From: Eubacteriales bacterium
GTDB lineage: Bacteria; Bacillota; Clostridia; Oscillospirales; CAG-272
Direction of reading: 5' to 3'
DNA: 52,986 nt
Assembly: GCA_045638805.1 (NCBI GenBank)
Contig: JAZUBZ010000021.1
Location: forward strand, 1 to 52,986
Shown here: positions 37,468-47,139 of the stretch, piece by piece
How the letters are laid out: each line of letters begins with the position of its first letter
Position numbering within the stretch: the first letter of the stretch is position 1
Made by a program: the position numbers and the translations under genes
Notes under the pieces: model-generated
Databases searched by the model: none
Told to the model about the DNA's origin: nothing
What the model saw: only the letters and a program-made list of their open reading frames with translations

Positions 37468-38190
37468 ATGAAGATCAAAGCAGTACTTTTTGACCTGGAC
37501 GGAACTCTGCTCCCTATGGATCAGGACGTATTCATAAAGGATTATTTTACCCGGCTTATACGTAAGGTTGCGCCCTTTGGCTACGATCCCGTGCTTCTCG
37601 AAAAAGCGATATGGAAGGGAAGTGCCGCAATGGTGAAAAACGATGGTGTACGTACTAACGAGGAAGTCTTTTTCGATACTTTCGTTGATATTATGGGTGA
37701 GGGAATAAGAATTCATCTTCCCGTGTTCGACGAATTCTATAAAAACGAGTTTGACGAGGTGCGCCACGTCTGTGGATACACTCCCGTAGCAGACAGGGTA
37801 GTGAAGCTCGTTCGTAGGCTCGGACTTCGCGCGGTCCTTGCGACGAATCCGCTATTTCCGCCGGAGGCGACGCTTGCCCGTTTGCGTTGGGCAGGACTTG
37901 ATGCGAACGATTTTGAACTGATAACTACCTATGATAATTCATCCTACTGTAAGCCGAATACGAAGTATTATCTCGCCATCTGTGAAAAACTTGGTTTATT
38001 ACCTGAGGAATGTCTGATGGTCGGAAATGACGTTGGTGACGATATGGTGGCGGGAAAAATCGGTATGGATACGTTCCTTCTTGATGACTGCCTTATCAAC
38101 CATATGAAGGATGACGTTTCAAATTATTCATGCGGTAGCTTTTCGGAATTGGAAAATAAAATACTTGATTTGGAAAAAAATGTATTTTGA
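37468..38190 (+). CDS. HAD-superfamily hydrolase
   Basis: FDLDGTLL motif I, ATN motif II region and GNDVGDD motif IV. Confidence 0.8.
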   Translation: MKIKAVLFDLDGTLLPMDQDVFIKDYFTRLIRKVAPFGYDPVLLEKAIWKGSAAMVKNDGVRTNEEVFFDTFVDIMGEGIRIHLPVFDEFYKNEFDEVRHVCGYTPVADRVVKLVRRLGLRAVLATNPLFPPEATLARLRWAGLDANDFELITTYDNSSYCKPNTKYYLAICEKLGLLPEECLMVGNDVGDDMVAGKIGMDTFLLDDCLINHMKDDVSNYSCGSFSELENKILDLEKNVF

Positions 38191-38255
38191 ATGTGTATAG
38201 CTACGAAAAAAACAATAATTTTTTTGCTTTTTTTAACATAATGCAAAAAAACACC

Positions 38256-38284
38256 TTGCAAAAACATAAAAAGTATGATATAAT
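38256..38284 (+). promoter_or_regulatory. Sigma-A promoter of the Opp-like operon (extended -10)
   Basis: TTGCAA, a 17-nt spacer ending TGa, then TATAAT. Confidence 0.55.
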
Positions 38285-38470
38285 CCTCATATGCAGTACG
38301 GATATATAAAAAAGAAAAATGAAATCGGCGCAAAATGACCGGTCATTTTGTTGTTTACGGTTACACCGTAAACAACACTTAAGTATTTATTCGTATACAT
38401 GATTTGTAGTTGACTCTTTTGGCATAAAGAGTTGCTATATAAAAATTTATTTTAATGGAGGAAAACTCTC

Positions 38471-40759
38471 ATGAAAAGATTACTCGCAATACTCCTCGTT
38501 GCAGTAATGACACTTTCTCTTTTCGCTTGCGGCAAGACAGGTGACAATGACGAGACCGGTAACAAAGATAACGGTAACGCTGATGCAGCTGTAAGCCTTG
38601 CAGGTAAGAAGTACGGTGTTGAACTCGAGGACGGCAAGTACGACGGCGATTACATCTCCCTCTACAAGAAGTACGGTGACGATGTAACAATCGCAGACGT
38701 AACCGAAGATCCTGAAACAGGCTTCGCTTACATCGAAAAGGATGGCACCAAGTACGAGCTTGGTATGGACTTCCTTTCCCGCGCAATGGTTTACAATTGC
38801 GAAGTTCCCGAAGGCAGCGACAAGTACAAGACTGCTGACGACGTTTACGCTATGTGGTGGAAGCTCTACATCCAGAGATGGAACTATCTCCTTCCCGAGA
38901 TTCCGCTCTACTCCAACGAGTACTACGATCTCTTTAACACACAGATCGGTGGCGTTAAGGAAAATCCCACAAACCCCTACTGGGATGTAACCAGCGCACT
39001 TATCGACTGGACAAGTGCTAAGGAAGACAAGAGCATCATTATCGGTAACACAACCGAGCTTTCCGGTAAGTTCCGTTACTCCACTTTCGGTGGTAACAAC
39101 CCCGGCGCAGCTGACCTCGACGTTGAAGAGCTTTCAACAGGTCTCGGTACCGTTGTAACCACTAAGGAAGGCGGTTACGTATGGAACGATACAGTTGTTA
39201 AGTCTCACGAGGCTGTTGAAAACGAAGACGGCACAAAGACATACACAATCGAGATTTACGATGACCTTAAGTACAGTGACGGTACAGCTATCACTGCTAA
39301 GGACTACCTCGTACACACTCTCGTATTCTCCTCTCCCGTAGCAGAGGCTGCAGCTCAGAAGAACCACGAATCCGGTAAGGCCATCGTTGGTTTCGACAGC
39401 TTCAAGCTTTACGCAGGCGAAGCTGCTGAGGGCGCTACAAAGGAACTCTCCGGTCTCAGACTTCTTGATACATACAAGTTCTCTGTAACCATTTCCGCAG
39501 ACTTCCTCCCCTACTACTATGATATCACATACGCTGGCTTTGCTCCCGAATGGGCAGCAATGTGGATCGGTGATGCTGAGGTTAAGGACGACGGTAACGG
39601 CGCATACCTCACAGATTCTTTCTACGCTAAGGACGGCGATGCATTCGTAAATGCAACTCTCATCGAAGAGACATCCAGAAACACAGACACAACATATCCC
39701 TACACAGGTGCATACGTTGTTGAATCCTACGACAAGGGCGACAAGTCCGCAGTTCTCGTAAAGAACCCCTACTTCAAGGGTAACTACGAGGGTACTGTTC
39801 CCGCAATCGAAAAGGTTGTTTACAAGTACATCATCTCCAAGACTCAGCTTCAGGACCTTGAGGCTGGTAACCTCGACTTCATCGCAGGTATCACAGGCGG
39901 TAATGGGACAGACGAGGCTCTTACACTCGTAAAGAACAACGAAGGTAAGTACGATACCATCAACTACAGCCGTGCAGGTTACGGTAAGCTTGGTTTCCGT
40001 GCTGACTACGGTCCCGTTCAGTTCACTGAAGTACGTCAGGCTATCGCATACTGCATGGACCGCGCTGAATTCGCTAAGACATTCACAGGCGGTTACGGTG
40101 GAGTTGTTAACGGTCCTTACTACACAGGTTCTTGGATGTACAAGAAGGCTCAGGAGTTCGGTATAACTCTTGATGCATTCGCTACATCTGCTGACTCCGC
40201 TAAGGAAGTTCTCGTTGCTGGCGGTTGGATCTACAACGCTGAAGGCGGCGAGTACACAGATGGTGTTCGTTACAAGAAGATTCCTGCAGCTGAGGCTACA
40301 GAAAACGACATCAACTACAAGTCTAAGGACGGCGCTTACAAGACCACTAAGGTAGGAGACGACTACTACATGCCTCTCGTACTCAACTGGTTCGGTACAG
40401 CTGATAACGACTTTACTGACCTTCTCGTTACCGGCTTCATGGAGAATGACAACATCGAAGCTATCGGTATGAAGGTATGGAACAACATCGGTGACTTTAA
40501 CCCCATGCTTGACGAGCTCTACCAGGCACAGATCTACGGTTACTACTCCGGTACACCTATGTATTCCGTATTTAACTTCGCTACTGGCTTTACATCTGCT
40601 GCATACGATTACGCCTACAACTGGACAATCGATCCTGCTGAGTATGATAACTACTCTATTTGCTACCTCAAGGATATGGCAGACGTTTACTGGCTTGCTG
40701 ATTCCGAGAAGGGCGTAGCTCCCGAGACAGAGCCTGCTGCAACTGAGACTGCTGAATAA
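38471..40759 (+). CDS. ABC transporter substrate-binding lipoprotein, family 5 (peptide/oligosaccharide/nickel type), unusually large
   Basis: 762 aa. Lipobox LFAC-GK, and an overall family-5 SBP-like composition with an extended N-terminal region. Confidence 0.8.
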   Translation: MKRLLAILLVAVMTLSLFACGKTGDNDETGNKDNGNADAAVSLAGKKYGVELEDGKYDGDYISLYKKYGDDVTIADVTEDPETGFAYIEKDGTKYELGMDFLSRAMVYNCEVPEGSDKYKTADDVYAMWWKLYIQRWNYLLPEIPLYSNEYYDLFNTQIGGVKENPTNPYWDVTSALIDWTSAKEDKSIIIGNTTELSGKFRYSTFGGNNPGAADLDVEELSTGLGTVVTTKEGGYVWNDTVVKSHEAVENEDGTKTYTIEIYDDLKYSDGTAITAKDYLVHTLVFSSPVAEAAAQKNHESGKAIVGFDSFKLYAGEAAEGATKELSGLRLLDTYKFSVTISADFLPYYYDITYAGFAPEWAAMWIGDAEVKDDGNGAYLTDSFYAKDGDAFVNATLIEETSRNTDTTYPYTGAYVVESYDKGDKSAVLVKNPYFKGNYEGTVPAIEKVVYKYIISKTQLQDLEAGNLDFIAGITGGNGTDEALTLVKNNEGKYDTINYSRAGYGKLGFRADYGPVQFTEVRQAIAYCMDRAEFAKTFTGGYGGVVNGPYYTGSWMYKKAQEFGITLDAFATSADSAKEVLVAGGWIYNAEGGEYTDGVRYKKIPAAEATENDINYKSKDGAYKTTKVGDDYYMPLVLNWFGTADNDFTDLLVTGFMENDNIEAIGMKVWNNIGDFNPMLDELYQAQIYGYYSGTPMYSVFNFATGFTSAAYDYAYNWTIDPAEYDNYSICYLKDMADVYWLADSEKGVAPETEPAATETAE

Positions 40760-40817
40760 TTAGTTTCGGTTTAGCCGACTTCTGACGGTAAAACGTTAGA
40801 AATGAAAATTGAATTTC

Positions 40818-40848
40818 TCCGCCGCCGCCATATGCGGCGGCGGATTTT
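40818..40848 (+). terminator. Strong intra-operon hairpin / terminator after the SBP gene
   Basis: 11-bp GC stem tccgccgccgc / gcggcggcgga followed by TTTT. Confidence 0.75.
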
Positions 40849-41166
40849 CAAGTATTTTCGCACATTTTGTTATTTAACATATTTTTGTTTTTAGCTAAGA
40901 CTTTATGTAATTCTTAATACCCATATCGGGTAATAATACAGATGAGCGCAAAATTGCGGGAAAACGGCACTTTATAAGTCGGTTCCTTATTTTCCGAAAA
41001 CACATCTCTGTTTTATGCAGAGGGTGAAAAACTTAAAACAGAGTTTTGCTTTCGGAAAATCCGTCAAAACTGTTGATTTCTTTTGAGTTAAACTCAGTGC
41101 GGACAAGTTGTCTGTGCTGAGATATGAAAATCCTATCAATGCCATTCAGGCTAAATGGAGAAAAAT

Positions 41167-42207
41167 ATGGGAAAGTATATTTTAAAGAGACTGGGATATA
41201 TGTTCGTGGTTCTGATCATATTATCTTTTCTCCTTTTTTTGATATATAACCTGGTGCCCAGTAACCGTGCTTACACGGAAGCTAATGAACAGGTTAAAAC
41301 AATGCGTCACCTTACTCCCGAACAAAGTAAGGCGAAGTTTAATGAACTGTACAAAGAGTATCAGATCAAATACGGTACTGATACCAATAATAAGCTTGTA
41401 CGTTACCTCCGTTGGGTTGGTGTTATGCCCAATGCAAAGGGTGACTACATCGGTCTTCTTCAGGGTAACTTCGGTTATTCCTATCAGGAAAAGGATGACG
41501 TTGTAAACGTTATTCCCGCTCCGATGAAGAACACGGTAATTATCAATATCTTCTCTACTATCTTGGCTCTTGGAATAACCATTCCCCTCGGTATTCTCTG
41601 CGCAGTAAAGAAGGGAAGCCGCGGCGATAAGTTCGTAGGCGTGTTTACTATTATCGGTTACAGCTTACCTGTGTTTATTATTGCTATTCTGTTTATCTGG
41701 CTGTTCTGTTCAAAGCTTCACTGGTTCCCGCCCAGCGGTATGAAGACTCCCGGTTCAGACTTCCATGGTTGGGAATACATTAAGGACAGAGCATATTACC
41801 TCGCACTTCCTCTCATCACCATGACGTTCTGTTCTCTCGGAAGCATGACCAGATACGTACGTGCTTCTATGATAGACGCACTTTCTCTTGACTGTATCAA
41901 GACAGCAAGAGCAAAGGGTGTAAGAGAAAAGATCGTTATCTTCTCTCACGCATTCAGAAATGCGCTTATTCCTATCGTGACTCTCGTAATCGGTTGGTTC
42001 CTCAGCATCTTCTCCGGTTCTCTTATGATCGAGCAGATGTTTGGACTTAACGGTATGGGTGACCTTATGATCACTTCTCTCCGTACATCTGACTTCGACG
42101 TTATTATGATCCTTCAGGTGTTCTACGTTACCATCGCTCTTCTCGGTAACCTTATCATCGATATCGCATACGGTCTGGTTGACCCCAGAGTCCGTGTTAA
42201 TAAGTAA
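41167..42207 (+). CDS. ABC transporter permease, OppB/DppB type
   Basis: N-terminus MGKYILKRLGYMFVVL and a BPD_transp_1-type EAA region (TARAKGVREKIVIFSHAFRNALIP). Confidence 0.85.
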   Translation: MGKYILKRLGYMFVVLIILSFLLFLIYNLVPSNRAYTEANEQVKTMRHLTPEQSKAKFNELYKEYQIKYGTDTNNKLVRYLRWVGVMPNAKGDYIGLLQGNFGYSYQEKDDVVNVIPAPMKNTVIINIFSTILALGITIPLGILCAVKKGSRGDKFVGVFTIIGYSLPVFIIAILFIWLFCSKLHWFPPSGMKTPGSDFHGWEYIKDRAYYLALPLITMTFCSLGSMTRYVRASMIDALSLDCIKTARAKGVREKIVIFSHAFRNALIPIVTLVIGWFLSIFSGSLMIEQMFGLNGMGDLMITSLRTSDFDVIMILQVFYVTIALLGNLIIDIAYGLVDPRVRVNK

Positions 42208-42222
42208 TAGGAGGAATATAAA

Positions 42223-44211
42223 ATGAGCAAAATGAATAATAAAGATAATTCCTCCAAGAAGCGCGGTTTTTTCGGAACCATCGGCAGATGGTTTAAGAGA
42301 CTGTTCTTCGGTTCAGCACGTGAGCTTGAGGATTTTGATCCCATGACCGCTGCTGAGCGCGCAAGACAGGCAGACGTTGAAGAGATCGTCAGCCCAGCAA
42401 AACAGGTTTTCCGTGGCTTTATTTCTCACAAGGGTGCAATGTTTGCCGTTTGTGTAGTTATCGGAATGTTTCTTCTCGTTTTCCTTGGCCCTCTCTTTAT
42501 GCCTAATTATGATGATGCATATAAAGAGACTACCCAGAAGAATATCAGACCCGGTCTCGGTATGATGTCTGTTCCTAAGGAGATCGCCGATGATATCAAG
42601 TCTATTGATTCATACGGATCATTCTCAGTGGGTATTTCAAATTCCGGTAAGTTAGCAGTGTGGGGCGATACTAAGCTTGGTACTACAGGCGTTGACATTG
42701 CTGACATTCCCGAGGTTGTTAAGAACTCAAAGATCCTTTATGCAGCTGCAGGTTATGACCATATTATCGCTATTGATGAAGAGGGTCATGTATACGGTTG
42801 GGGTAATGATCGACTCGGTCAGTTTGGTTACTTCGATGAAACAGCTTTCCCCAATATTTATAGTCTGCCCGAAGATATCGCTAACGGTGGAACTGTAAAC
42901 GTTGACGATATCAAAGAGCTTGAGTGCGGATATCAGGCATCTTGTATCCTTATGAAAGACGGTTCGAAGATACTTTGGGGTAACAAGAACGCTTATAATA
43001 ATCTTGAAGCTATATCACTTAACACCACTCCCATCGTAGACATCGACTTTACTCTTAACTACGTTGTTTGTGTTCAGGAAGACGGTAATGCTATCTTCAC
43101 GTCTCAGAAGGGCTTGTATACCAAGGTAAGAGGCGACCTTGACGAAGAAACTGTCAGCATGTTCGAGTTCCTTGGTGGACGTAAGATCGTTTCTCTCAGC
43201 GCGGCTCAGAAAGACGTTGCTTTCATTCTTGAAGATGGAACTGTTGGTTTCTCAGGTGACTATTCACTTAATGAAGTTCCTATGGGTGATATGGAAGATG
43301 GCGAAAAGGTTATTGATATTTCTTCCGGTCATCATCACCACATTATCCGTACAGACCGCGGTAACCTCTATTCCTGCGGTGACAACACGTGGGGACAGCT
43401 TAACGTTCCCCGTAGGGCTGAGTCTGCTGACCACATTCTTTCTGCCGGTTTCCAGAACTATGCAGTAAACGAGGATGGTAAGATAACGTCCAAGTGGGGC
43501 CTTAAGGGGTACATCTTCGGAACAAACGGTGACGGTCAGGATATTTTCCAGCGTATCATCAACGGTGGTAAGATGACAATGACCATCGGTGCTGTTGCGG
43601 TTATCATCTCATCCATAATCGGTATTATCGTAGGTTGTATTTCCGGATATTTCGGCGGCGCTGTAGATATCTTCCTCATGCGTGTTACCGAGATCTTCTC
43701 CGCGATCCCCTTCCTTCCTTTCGCACTTATCCTCTCAGCTATCATGGGAAGCCTTCCCTGGAGCGAGAATGCTAAGATATTCCTTATCATGTGTATCCTT
43801 GGTGTTCTGACTTGGACAGGTCTTGCAAGACTTGTAAGAGGTCAGGTTCTCGTAGCACGTGAGTCCGAGTACGTAACAGCCGCTAAGGCAATGGGCGTTA
43901 AGGAATCCAAGATCGCGTTCAAGCACATCCTTCCCAACGTAATTTCCGTAATTCTCGTAACTCTGACACTTGACTTTGCAGGCTGTATGCTTACCGAGAC
44001 ATCTCTGTCATACCTCGGTTTCGGTGTTACACCTCCCAGACCGACATGGGGTAATATGCTTAACGGAGCTAACAACTTCACCATTATCTCAAACTTGTGG
44101 TGGCAGTGGCTCTTCCCGGCAATATTCCTTGCTATCACAACAATTTGTATCAACGTTGTCGGTGATACCCTCCGCGACGTAATGGACCCCAAGGGTAACT
44201 CTGAAAGATAA
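42223..44211 (+). CDS. ABC transporter permease, OppC/DppC type, with an inserted RCC1-like propeller of about 340 aa
   Basis: 662 aa. TM1, then seven RCC1-like repeats, then the canonical FGTNGDGQDIFQRIINGG motif and an EAA region (AAKAMGVKESKIAFKHILPN). Confidence 0.8.
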   Translation: MSKMNNKDNSSKKRGFFGTIGRWFKRLFFGSARELEDFDPMTAAERARQADVEEIVSPAKQVFRGFISHKGAMFAVCVVIGMFLLVFLGPLFMPNYDDAYKETTQKNIRPGLGMMSVPKEIADDIKSIDSYGSFSVGISNSGKLAVWGDTKLGTTGVDIADIPEVVKNSKILYAAAGYDHIIAIDEEGHVYGWGNDRLGQFGYFDETAFPNIYSLPEDIANGGTVNVDDIKELECGYQASCILMKDGSKILWGNKNAYNNLEAISLNTTPIVDIDFTLNYVVCVQEDGNAIFTSQKGLYTKVRGDLDEETVSMFEFLGGRKIVSLSAAQKDVAFILEDGTVGFSGDYSLNEVPMGDMEDGEKVIDISSGHHHHIIRTDRGNLYSCGDNTWGQLNVPRRAESADHILSAGFQNYAVNEDGKITSKWGLKGYIFGTNGDGQDIFQRIINGGKMTMTIGAVAVIISSIIGIIVGCISGYFGGAVDIFLMRVTEIFSAIPFLPFALILSAIMGSLPWSENAKIFLIMCILGVLTWTGLARLVRGQVLVARESEYVTAAKAMGVKESKIAFKHILPNVISVILVTLTLDFAGCMLTETSLSYLGFGVTPPRPTWGNMLNGANNFTIISNLWWQWLFPAIFLAITTICINVVGDTLRDVMDPKGNSER

Positions 44212-44223
44212 GGAGACGATATA

Positions 44224-45237
44224 ATGCCGTTACTTGAAGTTAAAAATCTGCATACCCATTTCAGAACGAAAAAAGGCACGGTTCGTGCCGTAAACGACGT
44301 CTCCTATTCTCTTGAACCCGGTAAGACCATCGGTATCGTTGGTGAGTCCGGTTCAGGAAAATCCGTGTCTGCTATGAGTATTCTCCGCCTTCTCGACTCC
44401 AACGGCTACATTGCCGAGGGCGAAGTATACTTTGAAGGCAGAGAGCTTACCAAGCTTCCCATGGACGAGATGTACAAGCTCCGCGGAAATGCGATCTCCG
44501 TTATCTTCCAGGAGCCTATGACGTCACTTAATCCCGTATTCTCAGTAGAGCGTCAGCTCAGTGAGCCCTTCATCATTCACCAGGGTATGAATAAGAAGCA
44601 GGCGAGAGCAGAAGCACTTAAGATGCTCTACGACGTACAGATCCCCAACCCTGAGGCTGTTATCAAGCAGTATCCTCATCAGCTTTCCGGCGGTATGCGT
44701 CAGCGTGTTATGATCGCGATGGCGCTTGCATGTAAGCCTAAGATCCTTATCGCTGACGAGCCTACAACAGCACTTGACGTTACTATTCAGGCGCAGATCC
44801 TCCGTCTTATGAACGACCTTCAGCGTGAGAAGGGAACAAGTATCCTCTTCATTACTCACGACCTCGGCGTAATCAATGAGATGGCAGACGACGTCGTTGT
44901 AATGTACTGCGGACAGGTTGTTGAGCAGGCCAGCTCAAAGATGATATTTACAGACTCCAAGATGAGTCACCCCTACACTGAGGGACTTATGTATTCAATC
45001 CCCCGTATCGATAATATTACGGGTAAGCTTGAGCCCATCCCCGGTGTAGTACCCCATCCGCTTAATCTTCCCAAGGGTTGTAAGTTCGCGCCCAGATGTA
45101 AGTACTGTACACAGAAGTGTATTGATGAAGAACCTAAGCTGACAGACGTTGGCGGCGGTCAGAAGATCAGATGTTTTTATCCTAACAAGGAGGAGAGACT
45201 TTCAGATGCCCACAAAGAAATTACTGTCAATAACTAA
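44224..45237 (+). CDS. ABC transporter ATP-binding protein, OppD/DppD type
   Basis: GESGSGKS, LSGGMRQR and LIADEPTTALD, plus a C-terminal oligopeptide-type Cys motif. Confidence 0.9.
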   Translation: MPLLEVKNLHTHFRTKKGTVRAVNDVSYSLEPGKTIGIVGESGSGKSVSAMSILRLLDSNGYIAEGEVYFEGRELTKLPMDEMYKLRGNAISVIFQEPMTSLNPVFSVERQLSEPFIIHQGMNKKQARAEALKMLYDVQIPNPEAVIKQYPHQLSGGMRQRVMIAMALACKPKILIADEPTTALDVTIQAQILRLMNDLQREKGTSILFITHDLGVINEMADDVVVMYCGQVVEQASSKMIFTDSKMSHPYTEGLMYSIPRIDNITGKLEPIPGVVPHPLNLPKGCKFAPRCKYCTQKCIDEEPKLTDVGGGQKIRCFYPNKEERLSDAHKEITVNN

Positions 45238-46816
45238 TCTTAAGAAGTATTTCCCCGTTGCGAAATCGTCTGTCTTCCAGAAGCAGCAGCTTTACGTTCG
45301 CGCTAACGAGGATATTACGATCGATATTTATGAAGGTGAGACTATCGGTATCGTTGGTGAGTCCGGTTGCGGTAAGTCCACGCTCGGACGTACCCTCCTT
45401 CAGCTTTACCCTCAGACCGCAGGTACTACTATGTACTACGGTACAACACTTGACAAGCTGACACCTAAGTACGTTAAGGACACACTTGTTCACCTTGACA
45501 GATATAAAAACAAGCTCAGAAAGGCAAGCGCAAAGGCGCGTGACCTTGAGGCTAAGGTTGAAGCTGTCGGCGGTGAAGACAATGCAGACTTCTATCTGCT
45601 TCAGGATAGAAACCTTGCTCTCTGCGAAGAGCAGACTTGCCTTAATCACATCGTTAAGCTCCTCGGCGGTTTCTACGCAAAGGATGATAACAATGAGGGT
45701 AGAGACCTTATTCTTAAGCTTTTCTGTCAGGATGAGGCGAGAAACGCCGTTGAAGCTAAGCTTCGTCCCATTCTCGTTGAGCTTGAGCATATCTCTTCTC
45801 TTGAAAGCACAGAGAGAACTAAGCTTGAAGGAAAGGTAGCAAAGCTTACTTCTAAAAAGAATGCATATGAGGCTGAGATCGCTAAGTTCGACAAGGAAGC
45901 AGATGACCTTCAGCGCCGTCTTGATGCTCTACGTGCTATGCACATGTCCGATCCTGAGTTTGCTAAGTATGAGGCAATGAGAGATACAGGTATTGACCTG
46001 TCCAGACTTAAGTATTCTGAGATGCGCGGCCTCCGCCGTGACCTCCAGATCATCTTCCAGGACCCCTACTCAAGCCTTAACCCCAGATTCACCATCGGTC
46101 AGATCATCGAGGAAGGTCTTGTAACTCACAAGTTCTACAAGCCCGGCTCTCCCAAGATGAGAGAGCATATCACGAATACGGTCCTTGAGTGCGGACTTCA
46201 GGAGTATATGCTCCACAGATATCCTCACCAGTTCTCCGGCGGTCAGCGTCAGCGTATCTCCATCGCACGTGCGCTTGCCGTTAAGCCGAAGTTTGTAGTT
46301 TGTGACGAGTGTGTATCAGCTCTTGACGTATCCATTCAGTCACAGATCATCAACCTTCTTCAGGAACTGAAGGAAAAGGAAAACCTCACATATATGTTCA
46401 TTTCCCACGACCTTTCCGTCGTAAGATACATTTCTGACAGAATCTGCGTTATGTATCTGGGTAACATCGTTGAGCTTGCAGATGCGGCAACAGTGTTTGA
46501 CGATCCCCGTCATCCTTACACCGTAGCGCTGCTTTCCTCTATCCCCACTACTGATATTGAAGCTCTCAATAAGGAAAGAATTCTTCTTGAGGGTAACATT
46601 CCCAGTCCCATCAGACCTCCGTCAGGATGTAAGTTCCACACTCGTTGCTACATGGCTTGTGACAAGTGTTCCCGTGTTCCCCCTCCGCTTACAGAGGTTG
46701 AACCCGGTCACTTCGTAGCTTGTCACTTCGCTGAGAAGAAGATCGACGAGAACGGAAATTACCTCTTTAAGCTTCCTAAGATGGAGAAGAGAAGCAACAG
46801 AGGAACTGAGGAATAA
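45206..46816 (+). CDS. ABC transporter ATP-binding protein, OppF/DppF type, with a large internal insertion
   Basis: GESGCGKST, FQDPYSSLNP, FSGGQRQR and VVCDECVSALD. About 180 extra residues lie between Walker A and the Q-loop. The ATG at 45206 follows AGGAGGAG. Confidence 0.85.
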   Translation: MPTKKLLSITNLKKYFPVAKSSVFQKQQLYVRANEDITIDIYEGETIGIVGESGCGKSTLGRTLLQLYPQTAGTTMYYGTTLDKLTPKYVKDTLVHLDRYKNKLRKASAKARDLEAKVEAVGGEDNADFYLLQDRNLALCEEQTCLNHIVKLLGGFYAKDDNNEGRDLILKLFCQDEARNAVEAKLRPILVELEHISSLESTERTKLEGKVAKLTSKKNAYEAEIAKFDKEADDLQRRLDALRAMHMSDPEFAKYEAMRDTGIDLSRLKYSEMRGLRRDLQIIFQDPYSSLNPRFTIGQIIEEGLVTHKFYKPGSPKMREHITNTVLECGLQEYMLHRYPHQFSGGQRQRISIARALAVKPKFVVCDECVSALDVSIQSQIINLLQELKEKENLTYMFISHDLSVVRYISDRICVMYLGNIVELADAATVFDDPRHPYTVALLSSIPTTDIEALNKERILLEGNIPSPIRPPSGCKFHTRCYMACDKCSRVPPPLTEVEPGHFVACHFAEKKIDENGNYLFKLPKMEKRSNRGTEE

Positions 46817-46832
46817 TTAAGGAGTATTTCCC

Positions 46833-47030
46833 ATGCTTTGGTGGAAGAAACTGAAAAAGTCAACACCCGAAAATGAGAAAGAATTTTCCGACCGCTTCAA
46901 GGAAGCAGGAGTTACGTGGAAAGATAAGTTTGCAATGATAATTGCGGCGTTTATAACGCTTTTCATTCCCGCAACACTGATACTTGTCGGTATGGTACTT
47001 CTCGTAATGTGGATGTTTGGCGCACTGTAA
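46833..47030 (+). CDS. Small membrane protein, function unknown
   Basis: 65 aa with a good RBS (AAGGAG) and one C-terminal TM segment. It is the last gene of the operon. Confidence 0.4.
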   Translation: MLWWKKLKKSTPENEKEFSDRFKEAGVTWKDKFAMIIAAFITLFIPATLILVGMVLLVMWMFGAL

Positions 47031-47035
47031 AAAAT

Positions 47036-47063
47036 AAGCCTGCTGTCATTTGACAGCAGGCTT
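47036..47063. terminator. Hairpin terminator after the Opp-like operon, with the T-run on the minus strand
   Basis: 13-bp stem aagcctgctgtca / tgacagcaggctt. It is preceded by AAAAAT, so the U-run is better for a minus-strand transcript. Confidence 0.6.
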
Positions 47064-47070
47064 CAGTTTA

Positions 47071-47139
47071 TTGACAACCCCTGTGTTTTGACACAGGGGT
47101 TGTCAAATTACACAAAGATTTAATTATTAGTAAATGCGG
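47071..47139 (-). repeat. Conserved non-coding module, copy 2, inverted relative to copy 1
   Basis: The reverse complement reads ccgcatttactaataattaaatctttgtgtaatttgacaacccctg followed by the hairpin gacaacccctg / caggggttgtc. See the repeat at 91-158. Confidence 0.6.

Noticed and set aside
91-47139. Whether the inverted repeats at 91-158 and 47071-47139 delimit a 47-kb composite transposon or island.
   Set aside because: The interval is mostly core housekeeping and sporulation genes (spoIIA, proBAC, deo, tRNA). There is no transposase at either end. A dispersed repeat is more plausible.
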